Source: Mobula hypostoma
Taxonomy: Eukaryota
Assembly: GCF_963921235.1 (NCBI RefSeq)
Contig: NC_086107.1
Span: 93,622,001-93,686,000 of the forward strand
Direction: 5' to 3'
DNA length: 64,000 bases
In this document: one piece after another, positions 53,921-64,000 of the stretch
Layout of the letters: every line of letters starts with the position of its first letter
Numbering within the stretch: position 1 is the stretch's first letter
Made by a program: the position numbers and the translations under genes
The notes under the pieces: model-generated
Database searches by the model: none
The model's input: the letters and a program-made list of their open reading frames with translations, nothing else
What the model was told of the DNA's origin: nothing

Positions 53921-54570
53921 ATAAACACAAGAGATTCTGCAGATATTGGAAATACACAGCAAAAGAAACAAAATGTTGAAGGAAATCAGCAGGTCGGGCA
54001 GCATCTACAGGGAGGAATAAACAGTCGATGCTTTGGGTCAAGGCCCTTCATCAGGACTGGAAACAAAGGTGCCATGATGAGGTCCCACTTGGGCTAAAGG
54101 AGCAACACCTCATATTCCATCTAGGTAGCCTCCAACCGGACAGCATGAACATTGAGTTCTCTAACTTCCAGTATTTTCTCACCCAGCCCTCTCCTCTCCT
54201 TCCCCATTCCTCATTCTGGCTCCCCTCTTACCTCTTCTCTTCTCACCGGCCCATCACCTCCCTCTGGTGGTCCTCCCCGCTTCCCTTTCTTCCAGGGTCC
54301 ACTCTCCTCTCCAATCAGATTCCTTCTTCTTCAGCCCTTCACCTCTTCCACCAATCACCTCCCAGCTTCTCACTTCATCTCACCTTCACCCTTATCTGGT
54401 CTCACCTATCACCTGTAAGCTTGCCCACCCTCCCTTCCTCCAACCCACCTTCTTATTCTTGCCCCGCCCCCATCCTTCCCAGTCCTGATGAAGGGCCTTG
54501 GGCCCGAAATATTGACTGTTTCTTCCCCTCCATAGATGGCTGACCTGCTGCGTTCCTCCAGCATCTTGTA
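53921..54570 (+). mobile_element. Penelope-like element fragment with inverted 5' terminal arm
   Basis: LKEQHLIFHLGSLQPDSMNIEFSNF (GIY-YIG C-terminus); inverted arm at 53921-54060; pyrimidine-rich repeat. Confidence 0.87.
54480..54518 (+). ncRNA. Minimal type I hammerhead ribozyme motif
   Basis: cagtc-CTGATGA-agggccttgggccc-GAAA-ta-TT-gactg; stem I cagtc/gactg, stem II gggcc/ggccc. Confidence 0.6.
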
Positions 54571-54750
54571 TTATTGTCACACAATGAAGGAGTACGTTAA
54601 ACACATTCAATGCACTTTGAAAGGACGGCCCAGTGGGCCTCTCTTCTCACACGCTGTCTTAAACCAGCAAAGAACATATCAAATAGAAGCAACACACATC
54701 AAAGTTGCTGGTGAACGCAGCAGGCCAGGCAGCATCTATAGGAAGAGGCG

Positions 54751-54788
54751 CAGTCGACGTTTCAGGCCGAGACCCTTCGTCAGGACTA
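54751..54788 (-). ncRNA. Minimal type I hammerhead ribozyme motif (mirror copy)
   Basis: Exact reverse complement of 54880-54917. Confidence 0.75.
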
Positions 54789-54879
54789 ACTGAAGGAAGA
54801 GTGAGTAAGGGATTTGAAAGCTGGAGAGCTTTCTTTCTTTCTTTCTTTCTTTCTTTCCCTTACTCACTCTTCCTTCAGT

Positions 54880-54917
54880 TAGTCCTGACGAAGGGTCTCG
54901 GCCTGAAACGTCGACTG
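54880..54917 (+). ncRNA. Minimal type I hammerhead ribozyme motif
   Basis: tagtc-CTGACGA-agggtctcggcct-GAAA-cg-TC-gactg; GUC cleavage triplet ending at 54912. Confidence 0.75.
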
Positions 54918-55109
54918 CGCCTCTTCCTATAGATGCTGCCTGGCCTGCTGCGTTCACCAGCAACTTTGATGTGTGTTGCTTGAATTTCCAGCATCTGCAG
55001 AATTCCTGGTGTTTGCGTTTAAATATCAAATAGAAGCAGCTTTATGATGTGCTACCTCCCTGCATGCCCAAACTCAATGATGTCCCTCCGTCTTAGGTCA
55101 TCAAGAGAG

Positions 55110-55740
55110 CTTTGGGCACATTGGCCATTCATAAACTAGGGCACTGAATACAGGAATTGGGATGTTAGGCTGAAGTTGCTTAAGATGCCGATGAGGCCTA
55201 CTTTGGAGTATTGTGGGCATTTCTGGGCACCCCCTACAGGAGAAATATCAATAAGCTTGAAAGAGTGACAGGAAAACTTATAAGGATTTTTCTGGGACTT
55301 TAAGACCTGAGTTTTAGCAAAAGGTTGAATAGGTTAGGACCTTATTCCCTCGAGCTTAGGAGAACAAGGGAAGATTTGGTAGAGGTATACAAAATTATGA
55401 GGAGTATACTGCAGGTGGTATGAATGCAAGCAGGCTTTTTATCCACTGAGGTTGGGCGAGAATGAAACTAGAGGTCATAGATTCAGGGTGAAAGATGAAA
55501 TATTTAAGGGGAACTTCTGCACTCAGAGGGTTGTGCGAGTTTAGAACGACCTGACACTGGACGTGATAGATGGGGGCTTCGATTGCAACATGTCAGAGAA
55601 GTTTGAATGTATACATTGATGAGCAGGATATGGAGGGCAGTGGTCTGGGTGCATGTCGATGGGACTAAACAGAACCAGGCAGGCAGGCATGGATTAGATG
55701 GGCCAAAGGGCCTGTTTCTATGCTGTAGCGCTCCATAGCG
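55110..55740 (+). mobile_element. Decayed CR1 3' fragment
   Basis: RPTLEYCGHFWAP and DLVEVYKIMR remnants; tail gggcctgtttctatgctgt. Confidence 0.8.
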
Positions 55741-56339
55741 CTTGGGAGCACCACCACCTTCAGGATCCCCTCGAGGCCACTTAAAATATATCACCGTTTT
55801 TTTTCCCCTTGTCACTCACTCATCAGATCAGAACACTGGACCGTCCTCCCCAATACGCCGACATCCACAGTTCGAAAAGGCAGCTCAGCGCAGCACCGAA
55901 AGGCATCTCCGCGATTGGAGTGTTGCTCCTGTCTTTGCCAGTCACTCCCACATCCCCTGAATTAATGACATTTAAAATAAGGCATACTTGTCAGCAACAC
56001 ATTGTAGTGGCTTGATAGTGTTACTGAGCCAGACTCTGTGAAAGAGTTGGATTAACCTTGCTTAATGATACAGTGAGGGGGAGTCTGCATCAACATTAAT
56101 ATGGATCACCAACTGTGTGACAATTTCGACAGCTTATTTGCAGGGTTTCTGATGGCAAGAACAATTCTCATTAAGATATGTATCCATCTCTGAGTTTGCG
56201 TTGGACCTGAGCTCGTCCCCCGCCAGGTTTAGCCCCACCAACTCATAGAGAAACTGGAACCACTGCCCGGTTAACTTCAGCAATCAAAGAATGACTTCCA
56301 CCAAAAGCAAAATAAGCAAAGTCTGGAAAACTGCAATAA

Positions 56340-57895
56340 GTTCAAAGTTCAAAGTTTAGAACATAGAACCTTCTGCCCGCAATGTTGTGCTGACCATGTA
56401 ACCCACTCTAGAAACTACCTAGAGCATAACCCTCTATTTTTCTAAGCTCCACGTACCTATCTAAGAGTGTCTTAAAAGATCCTATTGTATCCACCTCCAC
56501 CACCATCCCCTGCACTGTATTCCACGCACCCACCACACTCTGAGCGAAAAACTTACCCCTGACATCCCCGCTGTATCTACTTCCAAGCACCTTAAAACTA
56601 TGCCCCTTTGTGTTAGCCATTTCAGCCCTGGGAAAAAGCCTCTGGCTATCCACAAGATCAATGCCTCTCGTCATCTTATAGACCTCTATCAAGTCACCTC
56701 TCATCCTCCGTCGCTCCAAGAAGAAAAGGCCAAGTTCACTCAACCTATTTTCGTAAGGCACATCCTCCAATCCAGGCAACATCCTTGTAAATCTCTGCAC
56801 TCTTTCTATAGTATCCACATCCTTCCTATCGTGAGGTGACCAGAACTGAACACAGTACTCCAAGTAGGGTCTGACTGAGGTCTTGTATAGCTGTAACATT
56901 ACCTCACGGCTCTTGAACTCAGTCCCGCTGTTGATGATTGCCGACACACCATACGCCTTCGTAACAACACTGTCAACCTGCGCAGCAGCTTTGAGTGTCC
57001 TATGGACACGGACCCCAAGATATCTGATCCTCCACACTGCCATTGTCGAAGTATATATATGTCACCACATGCTACCATGAGATTCATTTTCTTGTGGGCA
57101 TTTACAGGAAGATAAAGAAATACAATCGAATTTGTGAAAAACTACAAATAAAAAAGACTGACAAAAAACTATGTGCAAAGATAGATAAGTTGTGCAAATA
57201 ATTTTAAAAAAATAATACTGATTAGAGATTCCTTGAACGTGAGCCTGTAGGTTGTGGAATCAGTTCTCCATTGAGGTGAGTGAAGTTATCCACAGTGGTT
57301 CGGGAGCCTGATGGTTGAAGGGTGATAACTGGTCCAGAACCTGGTGGTGTGGGAGCTCAGGCCGGATGGTAGTAGCAAGGAGCGAGCATGGCCTGGATGG
57401 TTGGGGTGGGGGTGTTTGATGATGGATGCTGCTCCTTGTAGATGTGCTCACTGGTGGGGAGGGCGAGGGCTTTTCCTGTGATGGACTGAACCGTACCCAT
57501 CTCTTTTTGTAGACTTCCATTCCTGTGCATTAGTATTTCCACACCAGTCTGTGATGCAACCAGTCAGGATATTCTCTACTGTGCCTCTATAGAAGTCTGT
57601 ATAGATTTCAGAATTCATACTGAATCTACACAAATTTCTAAGGAAGTGGGGGCACTGTTGTCCCTCCTTTGTGATTGCACTCCCAGGACTGATATTTTGA
57701 TAGTCTAACTCCAAGCGATTTAGAGTTACTGACATTCTTCACCTCCAATCTCCTCATAAGGACCGACCCATGGACCTCTGCCTTCCTCTTCCTGTAGTCA
57801 ATAATCAGCTCTCTGGCGTTGCTGCCGTTGAGTGAGAGTTTGTTGCTGTGGCACCATTCAGCCGGATTTTCCATCTCCCTCCTGCATGCCAATTT
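56340..57895 (-). mobile_element. CR1 3' fragment (56340-57040) and Rex/Babar fragment (57050-57895)
   Basis: ORF 56408-57043 has RPYLEYCVQFWSP; FYRGTVENILTGCITDW and EWCHSNKLSLN in the second element. Confidence 0.9.
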
Positions 57896-58659
57896 CTCAC
57901 TGTCTTTAATTCGGCCAACAACGCCAACGCAGAAGTTATCGGAAAATATGTTGGGACAACAAAGGGTAAAATGATACGAAAATCAGTCATCTGCTGCGGG
58001 CAGAGAAACACCACCTTTTGTCCATTCTGAGAGTGCGTGGAATATATCACGTAGGGGTGGCAAACAACAGTGATCACCGATTGAGTTTAATTCCTGTACT
58101 CACCGCTGTCTGTAAGGAGTGCTCTGCCCATCACGGCATAGATTTCCTCCGGGTGCTCCAGTTTCCTCCCACCTTCCAAAGGGGTACGTGTTACGGTTAG
58201 TAAGTTGTGGGAACACTCACGGGCTGCCCCCAGCACAATCTGAGTTGATTTGACGTGGATGATGCGTTCTCTGTACATATCGATGTTTCAATGTACTTGT
58301 GACAAATAAAGTTAACCTCCTTAGAACCTTTTCATTGGACTGTCAACTGTCCAATGGGCTCCTTGGATTCTTGCAAGCTGCTAATGAGGGTGATGATGGG
58401 CATGCAATGCAACCAATGACAACGAGGGGGTGGGGCAGCAGAGGGGTGCAAGAATGAGGTGATCCAGAGTTGCCGACCTTATCGTGAGGGCTATGGATAG
58501 GATGGGTTATCACTGCCTGCTCCCAGAGTACGGGGGTCAAAAACCAGAAAGCATAGGTTTAAAGGAGACCTGAGAGGTAAGATTTTCACTCAGGGCTTGG
58601 TGGAGGTGGGGGGGAAGTATATGGAAAGGGTGGCCAGAGGAAGGGCCTGTGTCACAGTT

Positions 58660-58915
58660 CAAGCTAGGCAGCTGTGTGACGGAGGACTCTGTGATCTACA
58701 GGGGCACACATAGAGATGGACATCAAGTGCTGTTGAAAATCACCAGCTCAGTGAAAGACTGCCCGAAACTTGCTGGTCGCTCAGCACGGTGAGATGTGCA
58801 TAGCAAAAGGCTGCCAACTAGCACATTCCAGGCTGCAGGAGTACATGCTGAGGGGCACACGGAAGCTTGGTGCAGCCACTGCAAGGGTTCAGTGAGGAAG
58901 GACCATGGAGTAGGG
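58660..58915 (+). mobile_element. Tx1/L1-clade LINE ORF2 C-terminal remnant
   Basis: SCVTEDSVIY...SSVKD...CQLAHSRLQEYMLRGTRKLGAATARVQ resembles Tx1-type ORF2 termini (from recall). Confidence 0.6.
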
Positions 58916-58974
58916 TTCTTCTGCTACTGGACAGGTAGGGGTTGAGTTGGGTGAGGAAGCCCATCAATTATTGT

Positions 58975-59541
58975 GGTATCGTATCTGTTAAATAGGAGCC
59001 GTGGACAATTCTGATTTGATGGAGACAGACGTGAAAGCACAGAGGAACATCTGGAAAAATTTCTGACACGCTCGTTCGCTGCTGTCATTACTGCGTGGTT
59101 GGGAATCTTTCGGAGGGAAGGCCTCAAAATCCCTGGCTTTGCCTGCTGTTGGCGACCGAGATGGAGGTCGAATCACTCGGATAGAGATGGCACTCAGTAC
59201 TCGGTGTCGGAGAGCTGATCAGAGCTCGAAGTTTTCGGATGACTCAGAGTCGGACCGTCGTCGGGTATGGCAGGGAGAGTTCTTCCTTCTCCCGCCTGCA
59301 TGAGATGTGGGACATTTGAGAGACCTTGAACTATTACTGTGCTCATGGACTTCTTCATTAAGTTATGGTATTGTTGCACTGTTGTAACTATATGTTATAA
59401 TTATGTGGTTTTGTTAGTTTTTTTCAGTCTTGGTCTCTCCTGTGTTTTGTGATATCACACCGGAGGAAATATTGTATCATTTCTTAATGCATGCATTACT
59501 AAATGACAATAAAAGAGGACTGCATGTCTTCATAATCTAAA
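58975..59541 (+). mobile_element. ~680-bp non-autonomous retroelement, copy D (divergent)
   Basis: Shares tgatttgatggagacagacg, gctcgaagttttcgga and aaatgacaataaa...cataatctaa with the other copies. Confidence 0.82.
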
Positions 59542-59939
59542 ACATGCCATCTCAGAGGGCCATATGATTCCTATTGGTTTTATTGAATATAATTGAACAC
59601 TATGTTACACACTGACAATGAATCCAAGAATGAAAAGGCTTTGCATGGTTTATTCTTGTAAATTTTTAAAAATTATGAACAAAGTTCATTTGGAAATTTT
59701 AAAAAGTGTTAGAGGCAAATATAATTACAAACTTTAAAAGACATCTGAACAGGTACATGGATAGACCATAAGACATAAGGGCAGAATTAGGCCATTTGGC
59801 CCATCGAGTCTGCTCCACCATTCAAACATGGCTGATCTTTTTTCCCCCTCCTCAGCCCCACTCCCCAGCCTTCTCCACGTGACCTTTGATGCTGTGTCCA
59901 ATCAAGAACCTATGGGATAGGAAAAGTTTATTTATTTAT

Positions 59940-60975
59940 TTAGAATCAGAATCAGGTTTATTATCACTGGCATATGTTGTGAAATTTGTTGTTTTGTGGC
60001 AACAGTACAATGCAATACATGATAATATAGAAATAAATAAATTACAGTAAATATATATACATGTACTGTATATTAAATAGTTCAAATAAAAATAGTGCAA
60101 AAGCAGAAAATAGTAGTGAGGTAGTGCTCATGGGTTCAATGTCTATTTAGGAATAGGACGGCAGAGCGGAAGAAGCTGTTCCTGAATTGCTGAGTCTGTG
60201 CCTTCAGGCTTTTGTACCTCCTTCCCAATGGTAACAATGAGAAGAGGGCATGTCCTGGGTGATGGGGGTCCTTAATGATGGACACTACCTTTCTGAGGCA
60301 CCGCTCCTTGAAGATGTCTGGGATACTACGGAGGCTGGTCCACAAGAAGGAGCTGACTAATTTTACAACTTTCTGTAGCTTCTTTTAATCCTATGCAGTA
60401 GCACCCCCACCCCCATACCAGACAGTGATGCAGCCAGTCAGAATGCTCCCCACGGTACATCTGTAGGGGTTTTCAAGTATTTTAGGTGACAAACCAAATC
60501 TGTTCAAACTCCTAATGAAGTATAGCCGCTGTCTTGCCTTCTTTATAGCTGCATTAATATGTTGGGACCCAGTTAGATCCTCAGAGATCTTGACACCCAG
60601 GAACTTGAAACTGCTCACTCTCTCCACTTCTGGTTCCTCTATGAGGATTGGTTGGTGTTCCCTTGTCTTACCCTTCCTGATCCACAATCAGCTCTTCGGT
60701 CTTGCTGACGTTGAGTGCAAAGCTGTTGCTTGTGTTTATTGTTTATTGTTTATTGAGATACAGCAAAGAATAGGCCCTTCTGGCCCTTCAAACCGTGCTG
60801 CACAGCCATCCTTCAGTTTAACCCTAGCCTAATCACAGGACAATTTACAGTGACCAATTAACCTGGCAACTGGTACGTCTTTGGACTGTGGGAGGAAACC
60901 GAAGCACCCGGAGGAAACCCACGCGCAGAACGTACAAACTCCTTACAGGCAGTGGCGGGAATTGAACCCATGCTA
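59940..60975 (-). mobile_element. Rex/Babar 3' fragment (59940-60730) and V-SINE-related copy (60750-60975)
   Basis: FKFLGVKISEDL, ARQRLYFIRSL and IKDPHHPGHALFSLLP; antisense V core. Confidence 0.88.
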
Positions 60976-61478
60976 CCAAGAGAGATGTGGGCCAAACGCA
61001 AGCAGATGGGACTTGCTCAAGATGATACTTGGGTTGGCATGGATGAGTTGGGCCAAAGGGCCTGTTTCTGTGCTATATAATTCTATGAGTATGAAACCAT
61101 ATTTTAAAAATGTCCACACCGACATCTCTGCTTATCTGTTAAATTCCACTCTTGGCACATGTGCAAGATGATCCCTGTTCCCAAGGACATGGTCCACTTT
61201 CAGATGTTAATCTGGAGTCTTGAGTAATATATAGAAATGTCCAGAATCGGACGGACTCAGGTACATCACCTGTTCACTGACCTTCCCATGCCAGGATGAT
61301 GCATCAGAGGAGTTCAGGTGGGGGCCTGTTAGATGAAAGGATTTAAGCCCATCGCAGGAGTTAACTTCCTACCTATGGATTCACCACAGAGCCTGGTAAT
61401 TACTGCGGAACATAGCCTAACCGTTCGCTCATCTGGAGCTGGTGATTGTGCAAGGGTTTACAGCCTTTGTCAGGGAAG

Positions 61479-61495
61479 GTGTTGCTAAGCAACAC
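61479..61495. promoter_or_regulatory. RFX X-box-like palindrome GTGTTGCTAAGCAACAC
   Basis: 17-bp near-perfect palindrome with GTTGC/GCAAC half-sites in non-repeat DNA. Confidence 0.35.
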
Positions 61496-61979
61496 AATCC
61501 TGGCCCTCTACCTCTGAGCTGAGCCTACAGCATCAATAAATGCCAGGAGAACAGAACGACGGGGTTTTGTTTGAGGGTAAAGCTGCTAACATGTGGTTAA
61601 ATACGGATGTGCTTGAGGGATAACTGCCTTCTTGAACGTCTGCAGTCCGTGTGGTGAAGGTGTTCCCATGGTGATGCGAAGGGGCCTGTTGATGTTGTAA
61701 GGACAGTGAGAAGTCAGGGTCTGTGCAGAATGATGCTGTGCCGTGCACCTGAAGATCTCTTTGGATTAAATCAAACCCTGTCTCCTCCTCAGCCGGTTGC
61801 AAAGAAAAAGAGGGAAGCCTCCCATTGCCTGGGCCAATGTTTACCCCCTAGGAACATTTACTATGACACATTTTAAACACAAGGGGATGTTCAGCGAGAG
61901 ATACCACCTCTGGCGAAGGGGTTTGTTGTGTCCATTCTGGGGCAACAGACTCATCTTTTGTCCCATCATGGCAAACTTA

Positions 61980-63910
61980 TGAGCCCCATTCTCTTGCCTT
62001 CTCCTCATAACCTTTGACACCCTGACTAATCAAGAACCTATAAACCTCTGCTTTAAATATACCCAATGACTTAATATCCTGAGCCACCTGTGGCAATGAA
62101 TTCCACAGATTCACCATCCTCTAGCTAAAGAAATACCTCCTCATTTCTGTTCTAGAGGGACAATCTTGTATTCTGAGGCTGGACCAAGACTCACCTACTA
62201 TAGAAAACATTCTCTCCATGTTCACTCTGTCTAGGCCTTTCAATATTCGATAGGTTTCAATGTGATCCCCCCTTATTCTTCTAAACTCCAGTGAGTAGAG
62301 GCTAGCTTCTCATACATTAACCCTTTCCTTCCCAGGATCATTCTTGTGAACATCCTCTGGACACTCTCCAACGTTAGCATATCCTTTCTTAGATAAAGGG
62401 TCCAAAACTGCTCATAATACTTCTTCTCTCCCCTGTTTATGTGTGACCACTTTCAGGGAGTTGTAGTCTTTGACCCCAAGATCCCTCTGTACATCAATGT
62501 TGAAAGGGTCCTGCCATTAACTGCATATAACGGAGGAGGAGAAGATGGCGGCGCGACGCAGCACGCCGCGGCCACTCTGGTGAATATCTGTAATCTGTCA
62601 AGTAGGGTGACGTGCACAATCCTGATTTGATGAAGACAGACGCGAGAGGACGGAGGAGCATCTGGTGAAACTTCTGAAATGCCTTTTTCGCTGCCGCTGT
62701 TGCTGTGTGATCCAGAATCTCCGGAGGAGAAGGCCCCGAGTCCTTGGCTTTGCTTGTTGCACGGCGGCCGGGACGGGGTCAAAGCGTTCAGCAGAGATGG
62801 TGCTCGGTGCTCGGTGTCGAAAGGCTGGTCGGAGGCTCAAACTTTTCGGATGGACTCAGAGTCGGCTGTGGTTGGGTGCTTCCAATGCATCAACAGTTGT
62901 CGGTGCCTGGAGGTTTATGGCAGGGAGAGTTTCTCCTTCTGCCGCCTGCTATCGGGGACAATCGGGAGTCAATCGGAACTTTGAGACTTTTTTTTTACCG
63001 TGCCCATGATCTGCTCTTTATCAAATTATGGTATTGTTTTGCACTGCTGTAACTATATGTTATAATTATGTGGTTTTGTCAGCATTAGTCTTTGGTTTAT
63101 CCTGTTTTTTTTGTGATATCACTCTGGAGGAACATTGTATCATTTCTTGATGCATGCATGCATTTCTAAATGATAATAAACGAGGACTGAGTGTCCTCAT
63201 AATCTAATATACTTTCCTCTTACACTTGACATCCCTAAGTCCATCTCCTCATGTTGCTTTCATTAAACTGCATCTGCCACTTGTCTGCCCATAAAAGGAC
63301 ACAGTGGAAAGGGGTCGCATCTTCAGGTTCCTGGAGTCAACATCTCTGGGATGTTGTGTTGAGATTGTATAAGAGGTCAAATTTGGAGTATTGTTTGCAG
63401 TTTTGGTCACCTACCTACAGGAAAGATATAAATAAGGTTGAGTACAGAGAAAAATGACAAGGATGTTGCTGGATCTGGAGGACCTGAGTTATAAGGAAAG
63501 AATGAATAGGTTAGGACTTTAACCCTGAGAACATAAAGGATTAAGGGGAGATTTCATCGGGGTATAGAAAATTATGAGGGGTATAGATCGGGTAAATGCA
63601 AGCAGGGTTTTTTCCACGGAGGTTGGGCGAGACTACAACTAGAGGTCATGGGCTAAGAGTGAGAGTTGAAAAGTTTAAGGGGAACATGAGGGGAAACTTC
63701 TTCACTCAGAAGGTGGTGAGAACGTGGGACAAGCTGCCAGTGCAAGTGGTGCATGAAAGCTCAATTTCAAGGTTTATGCAAAGTTTGGCTAGGTATATGG
63801 GTGATAGGGGAATGGAGGGCAATGGTCCCAGTGCGGGTCAATGGGAGTAGGCATGGACTAGATGGGCCAAAGGGCCTGTTTCTGTGCTGTACTTTTCTAT
63901 GATTCTTTGA
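61980..63910. mobile_element. CR1 fragments (- 61980-62420; - 62440-63290 split by copy E; + 63340-63910)
   Basis: LEYCLQFWSPTYRKD and TRGHGLRV..MRGNFFTQKVV motifs. Confidence 0.85.
62531..63208 (+). mobile_element. ~680-bp non-autonomous retroelement, copy E (full length)
   Basis: Starts cggaggaggagAAGATGGCGGCg and ends aataaacgaggactgagtgtcctcataatctaat; interrupts a CR1 fragment. Confidence 0.88.
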
Positions 63911-64000
63911 CTCTATCTATCCTGGTCCCAATGCATTGATGAAATCATGAAGGAGGTACGTCAGCAGCAATGTTTCATTAGGCATTTGAGGAGATTTAGT

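Larger units (their letters stand above)
54687..54981. repeat. Perfect 126-bp inverted repeat (Penelope-like terminal arms) with 43-bp spacer
   Basis: 54687-54812 is the exact reverse complement of 54856-54981; flanked by the direct repeat atatcaaatagaagca (54676-54691, 55023-55038). Confidence 0.95.

Noticed and set aside
55862..55879. HPQFEK (Strep-tag II core) in ORF 55742-55960
   Set aside because: No WS prefix, linker or vector context; most likely coincidence.

Overview
Eukaryotic, repeat-dominated vertebrate DNA. The repeat mix (CR1, Rex/Babar-type LINEs, V-SINEs, Penelope-like elements with hammerhead motifs, Tc1 remnants) points to a cartilaginous fish, probably a ray (inference). 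There is no prokaryotic content, CRISPR array, rRNA or genuine tRNA gene. About 1.85-17.5 kb is one ~15.7 kb minisatellite with a 31/32-bp unit and higher-order block duplications; it produces all the giant ORFs, which are artefacts. The rest is mostly nested retroelement and DNA-transposon debris. The unique islands hold two unnamed candidate spliced genes, inferred only from splice signals and reading phase. One is a - strand model (51.4 to 28.4 kb) with two phase-compatible alternative last exons and an RFX/CCAAT/YY1-like cluster near its 5' end. The other is a + strand model (1.5 to 19.1 kb) whose intron would hold the minisatellite. The most notable structures are a perfect 126-bp inverted repeat carrying intact minimal hammerhead ribozyme cores on both strands, a composite Tc1-type unit bounded by two mini-MITEs, a five-copy ~680-bp non-autonomous retroelement family, and a 25-bp templated patch at a deletion junction. 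Nothing here is demonstrably a new biological system; these are leads. Repeat boundaries are approximate unless flanking motifs are quoted.
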